From positions 26,045 through 90,044 of the forward strand of contig JAJYTC010000001.1 of assembly GCA_021793275.1 (NCBI GenBank): a DNA stretch of 64,000 bases, written 5' to 3'. The stretch is from Deltaproteobacteria bacterium (GTDB lineage Bacteria; Desulfobacterota; Syntrophobacteria; Syntrophobacterales; Syntrophobacteraceae). Below, piece by piece: positions 18,530-29,418 of this stretch; positions within the stretch are counted from its first letter, which is position 1; each line of letters begins with the position of its first letter. The notes beneath the pieces were generated by a model. It worked only from the letters and a program-made list of their open reading frames with translations, made no database searches and was not told where the DNA came from. Made by a program: the position numbers and the translations under genes.

Positions 18530-20230
18530 TCAAAATGTCCCCGGGTCCCTGTAGGTCCCGAATACGTCCCTGTAAAGATCGCAACATTCCTGTTCGGTAG
18601 CGCCCGCGCGTACCGCATCGACAAGGGCCGGCATGACGTTGTTTTCCCAGCACGGCGGTCCCTCGCATCTGCGCCTCAGCTCATCCATCGCTTTTTGGAA
18701 CCCGGCTTTGTCGCGCTTTTCCTTGAAACGCTCGGTGCGCTCGATCTGCTGACGCTCGATCTCGTCGTCTATTTTGAGGACGAATTCCAGGTCGGGACGC
18801 TCGGACGCATACTTGTTAACCCCTATCACGGTTTTCTCGCCGGCATCGATCTGCTGCTGGAAATGAAAAGCCGCGTCGGCAATCTCCATCTGCGGATAAT
18901 CCCGCTCTATGGCCGCAACCATGCCGCCAAGTTCATCGAGCTTGCGGATATAAGCTACGGCTTCCTCTTCCATTTTATCGGTCAGCGCCTCGATAAAATA
19001 GGCGCCCCCCAGCGGATCGATCACGTTCGTCACACCGGATTCCTCGGCGATTATCTGCTGCGTCCGCAAAGCGATGAGCGCCGCCTGCTCGCTTGGAATC
19101 ATGTAGACCTCATCGAGCGAATTGGTATGCAGCGACTGCGTACCGCCCAGGACCGCCGCAAGAGCTTCCATGGTGGTGCGGACCACGTTGTTGTAGGGTT
19201 CCTGCGAGGTGAGCGAACAGCCTGCGGTCTGGGTGTGGAAACGCATGAGCATGGATCTTGGGTCTTGGGCCCCGAAGCGTTCTTTCATGAGCCTCGCCCA
19301 TAAGCGCCTGCTTGCGCGCATCTTGGCTATTTCTTCGAAGAAATCTATATGGGAGTTCCAGAAAAAGGACAGTCTCCCGGCGAATTCGTCGACCTTCAGT
19401 CCTCTTTTGACCGCTTCCTCTACATAGGTGATTCCGTCATATATGGTAAAGGCGAGTTCCTGGACGGCGGTCGAACCCGCCTCCCTTATGTGGTAGCCGC
19501 TAATGCTGATGGTGTTCCATCGGGGGACCTCCCTGGTTCCGAACTCGACCGTATCGGTCACCAGCCTCAAACTCGGCTCGGGCGGGAGCATGAGCGTCTT
19601 CTGAGCTATGAATTCTTTAAGGCAGTCGTTTTGAATCGTACCGCCAAGTTTTTTGCGCGAATAGCCCTCCTTTTCGGCATTGGCGATGTACATCGCCCAC
19701 ATGACCGAAGCGGGCGGGTTGATTGTCATCGATGTGGTGACTTCTTCCAGGTTTATGTCGGCAAAGAGCCTGCCCATGTCTTCGAGCGTGTCGATCGCAA
19801 CGCCGCATTTGCCGCACTCGCCGCGCGCAAGAGGCGAAGCCGTGTCGTAGCCCATGAGAGTCGGGAAGTCGAACGCGGTGCTAAGGCCCGTTTCGCCGTG
19901 ATTGATCAGATAGTGGAAACGCTCGTTGGTGTCGTCGGCATTGCCCAATCCCGCGAACATACGCATGGTCCAGTGGCGCGCCCTGTACATCGTGCTCTGC
20001 ACGCCCCTGGTGTAGGGATATTTGCCCGGAAAGCCCACATTGTCGAAAAAATCCTTATTCTCGATGTCAAGCGGCGTATAAAGCGGCTTTATCTCCAGGT
20101 CGGAAACGGTGGAAAACCGGCTGAGCCTCTCAGGAACTTTCTTGAGGGCCTTCCGATATTCCTCCAGCCACTCGGCGTGTTCCTTCTCGACACGATCGAG
20201 CGCCGATTCGGAAAGAACTTGTTTTCCCAT
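18530..20230 (-). CDS. methylmalonyl-CoA mutase-family large (catalytic) subunit
   Basis: 566 aa, with '[16 protein letters not shown]', '[12 protein letters not shown]' and 'RFHTQTAG'. Substrate specificity is not determinable by eye. Confidence 0.9.
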   Translation of the reverse strand: MGKQVLSESALDRVEKEHAEWLEEYRKALKKVPERLSRFSTVSDLEIKPLYTPLDIENKDFFDNVGFPGKYPYTRGVQSTMYRARHWTMRMFAGLGNADDTNERFHYLINHGETGLSTAFDFPTLMGYDTASPLARGECGKCGVAIDTLEDMGRLFADINLEEVTTSMTINPPASVMWAMYIANAEKEGYSRKKLGGTIQNDCLKEFIAQKTLMLPPEPSLRLVTDTVEFGTREVPRWNTISISGYHIREAGSTAVQELAFTIYDGITYVEEAVKRGLKVDEFAGRLSFFWNSHIDFFEEIAKMRASRRLWARLMKERFGAQDPRSMLMRFHTQTAGCSLTSQEPYNNVVRTTMEALAAVLGGTQSLHTNSLDEVYMIPSEQAALIALRTQQIIAEESGVTNVIDPLGGAYFIEALTDKMEEEAVAYIRKLDELGGMVAAIERDYPQMEIADAAFHFQQQIDAGEKTVIGVNKYASERPDLEFVLKIDDEIERQQIERTERFKEKRDKAGFQKAMDELRRRCEGPPCWENNVMPALVDAVRAGATEQECCDLYRDVFGTYRDPGTF

Positions 20231-20691
20231 TCTGCTACCTCCTCGAAGCCGGCCCTCAGACTGAATCCCTTCAACCCGAGCCCATTCCCGGAAGGCCGCC
20301 CCAAAACGGCCCCTTTGGACAGCACTTCGAATTGAGAAAAATTTAATTAATTATAATGCGACAGACCGAAAACGGGGAATAATGAAATCCCCGGCGCCTT
20401 ACCCGGAGATATTTGCCGGGCAAAAAAAGGACGAGCCGGCAGATCGATGCGAAACAGCCGGTCATCCTTGGTTCATGGAAACGGGGACCGGCTTGAGAAA
20501 GATCGCGCAACCACGCCCATCGAATCACTTAATCAAAGTGGACAAACTTTGTCAAATAAATTCAAACTCTTTTACCAGCAACAGACGCAAACACAGATTC
20601 ACCCAAAATGCTTCGAAGCAGTTGAATTGATCAAGGAAGTTTTGTACATAGAAAAGACACCAGAGGGTTGTGGCGCTGGAAGTGACTCAGA

Positions 20692-21243
20692 GTGGAGATG
20701 TACGCCTGTATGACACGATTGCCTTTCGAGACTGAAATGATTGCCGTCCTTGCGCATGCCATCGAAGTCTCGGAGGATCTTATAAGCGACTTTTACAAGA
20801 TCTCTACTTCCGAGTGGAAAAGATATCGCTACGATATTCAAAGCCTGAGCAGCCTGGACGAAGAAGAGATAACCGACCTTGCTTTCGCCCAAATCAGGCG
20901 GTATGTAAGGCGTTTTGGGGAAAAAACGCGCGGAAGCGAGCCCGGCGACTTCTTTAAAATTTGTATTCAAGACCATGTGATCCGCAGGGCGGTCGAGCGT
21001 GACGAAGGCATCAGGCTCTTTCCCCTCTCGGCTTACATTGTCACTCATGAACTTATTCACGTCGTGCGGTTCGCGAAGTTCCTGCAGAGGTTCGATTCCA
21101 CCGCCGCCGAACAGGAAGCCGAAGAAAAGCGGGTGCATGGGCTTACTTACGAACTGCTGCAAAAAACCCGCATTCCGGGTTTACCTGAAGTTCTGGCGGC
21201 CTTTAAAGACTGCCGGACAATGGAAAACTTCCTATCGGATTGA
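20692..21243 (+). CDS. hypothetical protein with an HExxH motif
   Basis: Contains 'YIVTHELIHVVRF'. The start is uncertain (GTG 20692, ATG 20698 or ATG 20710). It lies directly upstream of gatC. Confidence 0.5.
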   Translation: MEMYACMTRLPFETEMIAVLAHAIEVSEDLISDFYKISTSEWKRYRYDIQSLSSLDEEEITDLAFAQIRRYVRRFGEKTRGSEPGDFFKICIQDHVIRRAVERDEGIRLFPLSAYIVTHELIHVVRFAKFLQRFDSTAAEQEAEEKRVHGLTYELLQKTRIPGLPEVLAAFKDCRTMENFLSD

Positions 21244-21265
21244 ATTTTCCACGAGAGGAAACGAA

Positions 21266-21556
21266 ATGGACTCCAAGATAACCAGGGACGAGGTTCGCCA
21301 CGTGGCATTGCTCGCCAGGCTGCAACTCTCGGACGCAGAAGAAGAACAGATGACCGGCCAGATGAACAACATTCTGGAATACATGGACAAGCTCAATGAG
21401 CTTGACACAAAAGATGTCGAACCCACTACGCATGCCATAGAGCTGCGAAACGTATTCCGCCCCGACCGGGTCGAACCCTCTCTTGACCGCAAAGACTCGC
21501 TTGGAAATGCTCCCGGAACCGACGGCGTAAATTTCGTGGTCCCCAGGGTACTTTAG
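21266..21556 (+). CDS. gatC: Asp/Glu-tRNA amidotransferase subunit C
   Basis: 'ITRDEVRHVALLARLQLSDAEEEQMTGQMNNILEYMDKLNELDT'. Confidence 0.9.
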   Translation: MDSKITRDEVRHVALLARLQLSDAEEEQMTGQMNNILEYMDKLNELDTKDVEPTTHAIELRNVFRPDRVEPSLDRKDSLGNAPGTDGVNFVVPRVL

Positions 21557-21576
21557 CACAGAAAAGGCAATTTCAT

Positions 21577-23040
21577 ATGGAAATCCATTCTCTTCCGATT
21601 CACCGGATACACGACCTGCTCGAAAGCCGTCAAATCGGCGCGGTCGAAACGGTCTCCGCATTCCTGGAACGTATCAGCGCTATCGATCCGGGGCTTAATG
21701 CCTACATCTCCACATTTGGAGAAAAAGCCATCGAAGAAGCAAAACTCTTCGACTCCGGGGCCAGGGATTACTCGGCCTCTCCGCTTGCCGGGACGCCGAT
21801 CGCCATAAAAGACGTCATATGCATGCAGGGAACTCTTACCACGTGCGCTTCCCGTATGCTGCAAGGGTTTGTTTCGCCTTATGACGCAACGGTAACTGAA
21901 AAACTCAGGCGGGCCGGGGCAATTTTCATCGGCAAGACCAATCTCGACGAGTTCGCCATGGGATCGTCGACCGAGAATTCCGCCTTTGCCAAAACCCGCA
22001 ACCCATGGGACATCGAGCGCGTGCCGGGAGGTTCGAGCGGAGGGTCGGCGGCAGCCGTCGCCGCGGGTCTTTGTGCCGGCTCGCTCGGCACCGATACCGG
22101 GGGATCGATTCGCCAGCCCTCGTCCTTTTGCGGTGTTGTGGGCTTAAAACCCACTTATGGCCGGGTTTCGCGTTTCGGCCTCGTGGCCTTCGCCTCCTCG
22201 CTCGACCAGATAGGCCCCATAACGAGGGACGTCGAAGACGCCGCGATCCTGCTACAGGCAGTAGCGGGCTTCGACCCGGCCGATTCCACTTCGGTCGATC
22301 TGCCGGTCCCGGACTACAGGGCCGCCCTTAATCAATCGCTTCAGGGCCTGCGCCTTGGGATTCCCCGTGAGTATTTCATCGAGGGAACACACCCCGAAGT
22401 GGAAACGGCCGTTCGAAACGCAATAGACACCTGCAGACGTCTTGGCGCCCGGATCGTCGATATTTCCCTGCCCCATACCGAATACGGCATCGCGGCTTAT
22501 TACATCATAGCCCCGGCGGAAGCCTCATCGAACCTCGCCCGCTACGACGGCGTAAAATACGGCCACCGGGCGCAAAATGGCGCAGACCTGCTCGATATGT
22601 ACCGGAAAAGCCGCTCCGAGGGGTTCGGCTGGGAGGTAAAACGCCGCATAATGATCGGCACATACGTTTTGTCCGCGGGCTATTACGATGCCTACTACAG
22701 AAAAGCTTCCCAGGTAAGAACGCTCATCAGGCGGGATTTTCTCGAAGCCTTCGAAAAATGTGACGCCATACTTGCGCCCGTCTCCCCCATACCGGCTTTC
22801 AAGATCGGAGAAAAATCCGACGACCCGCTTCAAATGTACCTGAGCGACGTGTTTACACTCCCGGCAAGTCTGGCCGGGATTCCGGGCATCTCCGTGCCCT
22901 GCGGATTTACCTCGGAAAACCTGCCGATCGGACTGCAGATCCTCGGACCTCATTTCCAGGAGGAACTGGTCCTGCGCATCGCCCACCAGTTCGAACAAAA
23001 CACCGCCTTTCACCTCCGGAGCCCGGAAGTGAAAGGCTGA
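21577..23040 (+). CDS. gatA: Asp/Glu-tRNA amidotransferase subunit A
   Basis: Carries the amidase signature 'GGSSGGSAAAVAAG' and 'GTDTGGSIRQPSSFCG'. Confidence 0.95.
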   Translation: MEIHSLPIHRIHDLLESRQIGAVETVSAFLERISAIDPGLNAYISTFGEKAIEEAKLFDSGARDYSASPLAGTPIAIKDVICMQGTLTTCASRMLQGFVSPYDATVTEKLRRAGAIFIGKTNLDEFAMGSSTENSAFAKTRNPWDIERVPGGSSGGSAAAVAAGLCAGSLGTDTGGSIRQPSSFCGVVGLKPTYGRVSRFGLVAFASSLDQIGPITRDVEDAAILLQAVAGFDPADSTSVDLPVPDYRAALNQSLQGLRLGIPREYFIEGTHPEVETAVRNAIDTCRRLGARIVDISLPHTEYGIAAYYIIAPAEASSNLARYDGVKYGHRAQNGADLLDMYRKSRSEGFGWEVKRRIMIGTYVLSAGYYDAYYRKASQVRTLIRRDFLEAFEKCDAILAPVSPIPAFKIGEKSDDPLQMYLSDVFTLPASLAGIPGISVPCGFTSENLPIGLQILGPHFQEELVLRIAHQFEQNTAFHLRSPEVKG

Positions 23041-23150
23041 AGGCAAAAAGTCTAAAGTTAAAAGGAAAACCCAAGGTATGTCAAAGGCCCTACGGCCTTT
23101 GACCTCAGACTTTTGACCTTCGACTTTAGACTTTCGACTTTTGACTTTCC
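23041..23150. repeat. inverted heptamer arrays (AGTCNAA)n flanking a 10-bp hairpin
   Basis: The left arm at 23049-23069 reads AGTCTAA AGTTAAA AGGAAAA. The central hairpin GTCAAAGGCC/GGCCTTTGAC is at 23080-23103. The right arm at 23107-23150 is the reverse complement of AGTCAAA AGTCGAA AGTCTAA AGTCGAA GGTCAAA. Confidence 0.6.
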
Positions 23151-23986
23151 AGAAACGTTCCCATCCCAAGGTAGGGCTTTACGACCGCCTTCAATTCCTG
23201 TCTTCGCTCGAGGAATCTCTCCTTCATTCCCCGTAGCCATTCCGCATGGCGGTTGACGTCAGCTCTGCTAAGGAAAAGAGGATGGTCCCCGGGCGCCATA
23301 TGAAAGGTAAGAGACCCGTTTTCCCACTGCCAGGGCCCCGAACTCGAACAGAGCATGCATCGGGCTCGACCATCAGGCAGAAACCTGAAGGTGTCGCCTC
23401 CGCATACCGGACAAACCGGGCCGGCGGGCTTTAGCCTCATGTCGGGATCAAGGATGGCCCGCGCAAGTCGTTCGGCGATTTCCCCGTTCGCCAGAGAAAG
23501 CAGCGATTCGCCGGGAAGCGCTCCGTAAACCACCGCCGACCCGCGCAGATCGCCCATCGTAAGTTTCACAAAACTCTCCACGTCGCGCTTGCCGCTTCCC
23601 TCCATCCCGTCGATCCCGGCTATGGCCACCGCTACACCGGGTTTTCCCCACAGCCGGTCGACAAAAGCATAGAATTGAAGCCCGCGGTCCATGAACCCTT
23701 TGAGGCTGCTGTTCGCCGACAGAAGATAGACGGGGGCGACAACCACGTATGCGTCCGCTTCGGCAAGCGCATTCAGGACCGGCAGGAAATCGTCCTCCTG
23801 AGGGCACTTCATCTGGTCGAAAAGACATTGGTAGCATGCTCTGCACGGTTTTATGTCGAGTTCGGGAAGCCGGACCATCCGAAGCTCCCAACCGCCTCCC
23901 ATCCGTCTGAAAATATCTTTGATAAAAAGCTCGCAGTTTCCAAGTTTTCTGGGTGAAGCGGAAATTCCGAGAAGAGTCTTGCCCAT
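23126..23986 (-). CDS. flavodoxin-like (NADPH-dependent FMN reductase family) iron-sulfur flavoprotein
   Basis: Contains 'LLGISASPRKLGNCE', 'CRACYQC' and a C-terminal 'CPVCGG..CMLC' ribbon. An AGGAGA RBS precedes the ATG at 23986. Confidence 0.7.
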   Translation of the reverse strand: MGKTLLGISASPRKLGNCELFIKDIFRRMGGGWELRMVRLPELDIKPCRACYQCLFDQMKCPQEDDFLPVLNALAEADAYVVVAPVYLLSANSSLKGFMDRGLQFYAFVDRLWGKPGVAVAIAGIDGMEGSGKRDVESFVKLTMGDLRGSAVVYGALPGESLLSLANGEIAERLARAILDPDMRLKPAGPVCPVCGGDTFRFLPDGRARCMLCSSSGPWQWENGSLTFHMAPGDHPLFLSRADVNRHAEWLRGMKERFLERRQELKAVVKPYLGMGTFLESQKSKV

Positions 23987-24021
23987 TTTTACATTCTCCT
24001 GAATAGGGTTCAATTCAAGTC

Positions 24022-24060
24022 CAAAAAAAAAGCTAACCGGAGGGGCTAGAACCGGTTAGC
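24022..24060 (-). terminator. rho-independent terminator
   Basis: A 10-bp stem AGCTAACCGG/CCGGTTAGCT with an 11-nt loop, followed on the minus strand by T9. Confidence 0.75.
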
Positions 24061-24225
24061 TAATGAGGAGGAAAGAGTTGGTTTCTCTTTGCCATTTATA
24101 GAGAGCAAGATACATGCCATACTCTTCGATTTCTATTTTCGTAGTAGTTTCCGATTGTTAACCGTAGCGGGGTCTTTTTGAATAACGTCGCAATCACGCC
24201 ATTTTCAGACCGAACCGCGCCACAA

Positions 24226-26298
24226 TCACGCCATAGATTGCCGCAGGCCTTGCAGAATGGCCGTCAGTTTCGAAACACCTTTGACGGGATTTTGGCAACT
24301 GAAACCCTGGCACACGTATGCGGCCGGACCGGCTCCTTCTAGAATTACCGACGCCGTAAACGGCGCGATTTCAGCCAGCTCCGCCCCCGGTCTTCCACTT
24401 TCTTTGAGCATCAGCACCCGGTTTGGCAGGTGAATTCGGTGAATGCTTTCCATCATTTCCCTCGTCTCCGGGACTGAAAGGTCTCCGGCGACGAGTATCT
24501 CCTGCGTAGGGCCGTGCGCGAAATCCAGGGCCTGCAAAAATTGCGTGTAAGCGGCCGGATTAACGGCAACCTCTCCGGCAAAGGATCTCAAGAGAAAATC
24601 GGCTTGTTTTTCGAATTCCGGATTTCCCGTCAACCTTCCGAGCCGCAGCAGGTTCATCGCCGCGACGGAATTGCTCGAAGGCAGCGCTCCATCATAGACC
24701 GGCTTCTCCGCGACTATCATCTGCTCGCCGTCGTTTCCCGCGTAATAAAACCCACCGTCCGGCGCACCGAAAATCCTCGACATTTCTTCCTGCAGCCTTA
24801 CGGCTTCGGCTAGCCAGGTCACGTCGAAAACAGTCTCGTAGAGTTCTATGAGGCCCCATATCAGGAAGGCATAATCGTCGGCATAACCCGGATTTGCCGT
24901 CTCCCCCCGCCGGTAGCGGCGGTAGATTCGCCCTGCATCGTTTTGCATTTCATGCAATACGAACCTTGCCGCCCGGACGGCGGCTTCGGCATAAAGGCTT
25001 TCCCCCAGCGCCTGCGCGCCCCTGGCGAGCGCCGCGATCATCAGCCCGTTCCAGGCCGCAAGGATTTTATCGTCTTTTAACGGATGAACCCGTTTATCGC
25101 GGGCATCGAAAAGACGGTTTCGCCCGTCTTCAAGAAGCATCTCCAGTTCCGGAAGACCCATTCCAAGACTGGCTGCAAGTTTATCGAAGGACTCCGGAAT
25201 ATGAAGGATGCTCGTTCTATCATGGAAATTTCCCCGGCTGGTAATGCCGTAGGCGCGGCAGAAGATCTCGGATGCCCCTTTTCCGAGGACCCCGGCTACC
25301 TGCTCCGGCGTCCAGGTGTAGAACGCCCCCTCACTTCCCTCGCTGTCGGCGTCCTGTGCGCTGTAGAAGCCCCATTCCGGGCTTAGCATCTCGCGCATTA
25401 CGTATTCGAAAATCTGCCTTGTCACTGTCGCATAGCGCTCATTGCCTGTTGCAAGGAAAGCGTCGGCATAGGCGAGCGCGAGCATCGCCTGGTCGTAGAG
25501 CATTTTCTCGAAATGGGGCTCGATCCACCTTTCGTCGACCGAGTAGCGGTGAAAGCCAAAACCGAGTTGATCGAATATCCCGCCCGACCTCATGGATAAC
25601 AGGGTCTTTTCGACCATTTGCAACGCATCCGAGCCGGGATCGCGCCAATGCCGCCGAATAAGAAAACTGAGACCGTGAGCGCTCGGGAACTTGGGGGCCC
25701 TTCCGAAACCGCCCCAGACACGATCGAACGATTCGGCCAATGTTTTGTGGGCCTTGTCCGGGAGATCCCGGCCCGGCAACCCCCCTGCGCATTCCGGCCC
25801 CTTTGGCTCAATGGCGCGCGCTATATGTTCGCTTATCCTCCCGAGTTGCTCTCGCTCGCCTGCCCAGAGTTCGGCAATTCTTTGCGCGACTTCCACCAGA
25901 CCCGGCATCCCCATCCGGCTTCTTTTCGGGAAATAGGTCCCGGCGTAAAAGGGCTTTTTGTCCGGACCCATAAAAATCGAAAGCGGCCATCCTCCACTGC
26001 CCGTGGCCGCCTGGCAGGCGTTCATGTAAACCTGGTCGATGTCGGGCCGCTCTTCGCGGTCGACCTTTATGGAGACGAAATTTCTGTTCAGCACGCCGGC
26101 GACTTCCTCATCCTCGAAGGATTCGTGCTCCATCACGTGACACCAGTGACAGGTCGAATAGCCGATCGAAAGGAAAACAGGCTTGTCTTCCAGGCGTGCT
26201 TTCCTGAATGCCTCTTCTCCCCATGGATACCATTCCACCGGGTTTTCGGCGTGCTGCAACAGGTAGGGGCTTTTTTCCCCTGCAAGACGATTGGGCAT
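24226..26298 (-). CDS. thioredoxin-domain protein, YyaL/DUF255 family
   Basis: '[29 protein letters not shown]...STCHWCHVM', followed by an alpha-toroid-like C-terminal region. Confidence 0.85.
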   Translation of the reverse strand: MPNRLAGEKSPYLLQHAENPVEWYPWGEEAFRKARLEDKPVFLSIGYSTCHWCHVMEHESFEDEEVAGVLNRNFVSIKVDREERPDIDQVYMNACQAATGSGGWPLSIFMGPDKKPFYAGTYFPKRSRMGMPGLVEVAQRIAELWAGEREQLGRISEHIARAIEPKGPECAGGLPGRDLPDKAHKTLAESFDRVWGGFGRAPKFPSAHGLSFLIRRHWRDPGSDALQMVEKTLLSMRSGGIFDQLGFGFHRYSVDERWIEPHFEKMLYDQAMLALAYADAFLATGNERYATVTRQIFEYVMREMLSPEWGFYSAQDADSEGSEGAFYTWTPEQVAGVLGKGASEIFCRAYGITSRGNFHDRTSILHIPESFDKLAASLGMGLPELEMLLEDGRNRLFDARDKRVHPLKDDKILAAWNGLMIAALARGAQALGESLYAEAAVRAARFVLHEMQNDAGRIYRRYRRGETANPGYADDYAFLIWGLIELYETVFDVTWLAEAVRLQEEMSRIFGAPDGGFYYAGNDGEQMIVAEKPVYDGALPSSNSVAAMNLLRLGRLTGNPEFEKQADFLLRSFAGEVAVNPAAYTQFLQALDFAHGPTQEILVAGDLSVPETREMMESIHRIHLPNRVLMLKESGRPGAELAEIAPFTASVILEGAGPAAYVCQGFSCQNPVKGVSKLTAILQGLRQSMA

Positions 26299-26299
26299 G

Positions 26300-26497
26300 C
26301 TAGCTTTGTTTCTCTTCTTCGGCCACAAGGCGTCCTTTGATTTTAGCCCCGCAGGAAGGACACAAAATCTCGACTTCCTCCTCGGGACCGGAGTACTTCC
26401 GGATCAGTTCTTCGGGCGGTATGAATGATATGTCTCCACAAGCGCACTGTGGACACTGCCCGCGGACCAAACGCCGTTTTTTCTTCTCCATGTTCAT
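26300..26497 (-). CDS. 65-aa zinc-ribbon hypothetical protein
   Basis: Has two CxxC pairs ('CPQCAC', 'CPSCG'). Its stop abuts the start of the downstream gene. Confidence 0.5.
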   Translation of the reverse strand: MNMEKKKRRLVRGQCPQCACGDISFIPPEELIRKYSGPEEEVEILCPSCGAKIKGRLVAEEEKQS

Positions 26498-26518
26498 CCT
26501 CCGGTTTCAGGTTGGGGT

Positions 26519-28318
26519 TTACTCGATGATTATCTGTTTCTCCTCACCCATGTCGAAGCTGTCGAAATCGGGGTAATCCTGATCGAGTGCAACTATCATC
26601 GGGACCTGTCTGCTGGTCGGTCCCCAGTACTGCATGGCCCCGGGGCTGCTGAAGCAGTCCTTTATGGCCCATTTGTCCCTGTTTTGGGCATATATTTTAA
26701 ACGACGGAGACGAGAGTTCTACAAGCGACTTCTCGATTACGAACTCCTCCTTTCCATGTCGCATTTCGGCGGTAACCAGCCCCGTCAGCGGAAGAGCAAG
26801 CACCCGCCCTCCCTTGTGAAAATCGGTTATGGCGGCCATGTAGCCGGTTTTTCCGGAAAGCACCAGGGAACCGGCGGCCAGGCCCAGTTGAAAGGTAAAG
26901 GCTGCATCGAACCTGGAGGGTTTGGAGCTTCTGCCCTCATAACCCAGGAAATGAGATTGAGTCGACAGGGTGACCTTTTTGAAATCCTCCACCTGCTCGG
27001 CGCTCGCCTCGATTTTTCCCTCTCCCGCGCCAAAGAAGCGGTCGGTATGCCTTTTCATCTCCGAGAGGCGATAGCGGATTTTTTCGATCAACAGTTTCTC
27101 GGTCTCGATTTGAGAGACCTTCACATTGCCATGATCGTCGCGATCCAGGATGAGCATTTCCTGGATATCGGGCGGAAGAGAAGCCATCAACTGCGCCGAT
27201 TGCGGAGTCAGGCGCGGCAAAAGAAACTCCCTTTTGTGCTCGACCGAAGGCAGGTCGGTAATGTCCTTTTGATATTCGGCGAGCACTGTGTTGAGTTCGG
27301 CTATCAGCCGGCCCATCTCGGGGATGAATTCCACAAGCCCCTCGGGAACGAGGATCACTCCGTGATTGATGCCCTTGAAGCGCCGCAGGGTGATTATGCG
27401 GGCTATATGATCGACAATGGAGTCCAGGGACATGTTTTTCTCTGCGATTTCCTCCGATATGAGGGCGACCGCAGGCTTGGTCTGCAGGGCGACTTCCAGA
27501 GTGATCTTGCTGGCCGTGCGGCCCATGAGCTTTACAACGTGGTAGTATTTGACAGCCGAGGCCGCATCCTGGTTCAGGTTTCCCACCAACTCGGAGTATA
27601 TCTTGGTTGCCGTGTCGAAACCGAACGAAATGGGCAGATACCTGCCGGCAGCCATGTCGCCGTCGATCGTTTTGGGGATCCCGATCACACTGCAGTCGAT
27701 TCCCTCGTTCTCCAGGTATTCGGCAATAAATGCCGCATTGGTGTTGGAGTCGTCGCCGCCGACCACCACAAGCCCGTCAAGCCTGTTTTTGACAACCGTC
27801 CGCTTGACTTTTTCAAATTGCTCGGCGGTCTTGATTTTCGTCCTGTCGGTACCTAAAAAATCGAATCCCCCCATATTGATGATGGAGTTGATACTTTCCT
27901 TTTCTATCTCGAAAATATCTCCCTTAACGAGCCCCCCCGGCCCCTTTCTTATCCCCAGCAGCGTATTATTGCTTCCGAGCACGGCAGCGAGGCCGGCAAG
28001 CACGTTATGGCCGCCCGCGGCCGGACCGCCGGAGAAAAGCACAGCCACTCTTTTGCCTGCCACGCTTTCGGACTCGCTCGCTGCTACAGCCTCCAGAATG
28101 GCGCTCCCGCCCTTTGTGATCGTTTTGGGGAAAACCTGCCTGATCCTGTCGTGTCCCTTGCAAACAAGGGCCATATCGGTCTGCCGGAAAGCGGCCGGCC
28201 TTATCTTGCCGTCTTTTCCAAGAAAAACCGAACTGACGGGAACAGGGAGCTTTCGAACCTCTTCTTCCAGCGGGGAGTGTTTTCCGGCTGTGCGGCTTAC
28301 TTTGGAAAATAAATCCAT
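26519..28318 (-). CDS. pfp: diphosphate--fructose-6-phosphate 1-phosphotransferase (PPi-PFK, long form)
   Basis: 'GGDDSNT' has Asp rather than Gly, and 'PKTIDGD' has Lys. Both are the PPi-specific signatures. Confidence 0.85.
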   Translation of the reverse strand: MDLFSKVSRTAGKHSPLEEEVRKLPVPVSSVFLGKDGKIRPAAFRQTDMALVCKGHDRIRQVFPKTITKGGSAILEAVAASESESVAGKRVAVLFSGGPAAGGHNVLAGLAAVLGSNNTLLGIRKGPGGLVKGDIFEIEKESINSIINMGGFDFLGTDRTKIKTAEQFEKVKRTVVKNRLDGLVVVGGDDSNTNAAFIAEYLENEGIDCSVIGIPKTIDGDMAAGRYLPISFGFDTATKIYSELVGNLNQDAASAVKYYHVVKLMGRTASKITLEVALQTKPAVALISEEIAEKNMSLDSIVDHIARIITLRRFKGINHGVILVPEGLVEFIPEMGRLIAELNTVLAEYQKDITDLPSVEHKREFLLPRLTPQSAQLMASLPPDIQEMLILDRDDHGNVKVSQIETEKLLIEKIRYRLSEMKRHTDRFFGAGEGKIEASAEQVEDFKKVTLSTQSHFLGYEGRSSKPSRFDAAFTFQLGLAAGSLVLSGKTGYMAAITDFHKGGRVLALPLTGLVTAEMRHGKEEFVIEKSLVELSSPSFKIYAQNRDKWAIKDCFSSPGAMQYWGPTSRQVPMIVALDQDYPDFDSFDMGEEKQIIIE

Positions 28319-28588
28319 AGTTTTCCCTTCGTTTGTTTATGAGGCGATTCGATCCAGTATGCCAGTTGGATGCAAAAATATAAAATCGCTGGTTTCTTTA
28401 AAATAATAATTACACCATGCCGTAAAACAACCGAAAAGAAATCGGCTAATCCGGCAACCAAAAATTCCTTTCCCTTGCGAACCGGATGCGCGTCTGCTAT
28501 CAGGGGTGAGTGTCGGGCCGGACTGCTGCCCGCGGTCCAGGAGGGAGAAAGCAAACCTATCATAACAGAACAGCGCGGAGGAATAATA

Positions 28589-29404
28589 ATGTTCAGGGAC
28601 CAAAGCATCGGGTTCATTGGCGGTGGAAACATGGGAGAAGCGTTGATACGGGGTCTGATTTCGGCCTCCCTTTTTTCCGCCGATAGGGTGTCAGTTTTCG
28701 ATGTGATTGAACCCCGCGTAAAATACCTGGAAAAGGAGTTCGCAATAAAAGCACGGGGAGATATCGCCGAGCTTGCCCGAACCAGCACCATTATCCTGCT
28801 TTCCGTAAAACCCCAAACGATCTCGGCTGTTTTGGATACCCTCTCCGGCCACCTTTCCCACAAACCGCTCGTCATATCGATTGCAGCAGGGGTAGCTCTT
28901 TCCACACTGGAACAACGGCTGCCGGAAAAGACGGCCGTGGTGAGGGTCATGCCCAACGCGCCCGCACTCGTCCAGGCAGCCGCTTCGGCCCTTTCGCGCG
29001 GAAAGGCGGTTTCAGACGCGCAAATGGAAATGAGTCTCGCTCTTTTCGGCGCTGTGGGCAAAGCGGTGGAAATCGACGAGAAATTGATGGATGGTGTTAC
29101 GGGACTTAGCGGAAGCGGACCGGCCTACGTTCTGTTGATGATAGAAGCCCTGATCGACGCAGGAGTCCTCATGGGGCTGCCCAGACAGGCCGCTAAAGAG
29201 TTGGTGGTCCAAACCGTCGCCGGAACATCCAAACTGCTCGAAACTACCGGGAAGCATCCCGCAGAACTAAGGGACATGATCACCTCTCCTGGTGGAACAA
29301 CCATTCACGGGTTGCAGGTGCTCGAATCGTACTCGGTAAGGGGCGCTTTGATGGAATGCGTGGAAGCGGCCACAAAGCGTTCCGCAGAACTTGGCAAACA
29401 GTAA
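28589..29404 (+). CDS. proC: pyrroline-5-carboxylate reductase
   Basis: Contains 'IGFIGGGNMGEALI' and 'PNAPALV'. A GGAGGAATAATA leader precedes the ATG at 28589. Confidence 0.9.
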   Translation: MFRDQSIGFIGGGNMGEALIRGLISASLFSADRVSVFDVIEPRVKYLEKEFAIKARGDIAELARTSTIILLSVKPQTISAVLDTLSGHLSHKPLVISIAAGVALSTLEQRLPEKTAVVRVMPNAPALVQAAASALSRGKAVSDAQMEMSLALFGAVGKAVEIDEKLMDGVTGLSGSGPAYVLLMIEALIDAGVLMGLPRQAAKELVVQTVAGTSKLLETTGKHPAELRDMITSPGGTTIHGLQVLESYSVRGALMECVEAATKRSAELGKQ

Positions 29405-29418
29405 GCCACTCGTTAAAA

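Noticed and set aside
20231-20690. Possible cobalamin riboswitch or other leader upstream of the B12-dependent mutase operon.
   Set aside because: I could not recognise a B12-box or conserved riboswitch core by eye. Mutase operons are not typical riboswitch targets. Only a short palindrome, GACAAACTTTGTC (20540-20552), stands out. This needs an Rfam scan to settle.
23041-23150. Possible CRISPR array (regularly spaced short repeats).
   Set aside because: The units are 7 nt, contiguous and spacerless. Nothing in the window has 25-40-nt repeats alternating with unique spacers, and there are no cas genes.
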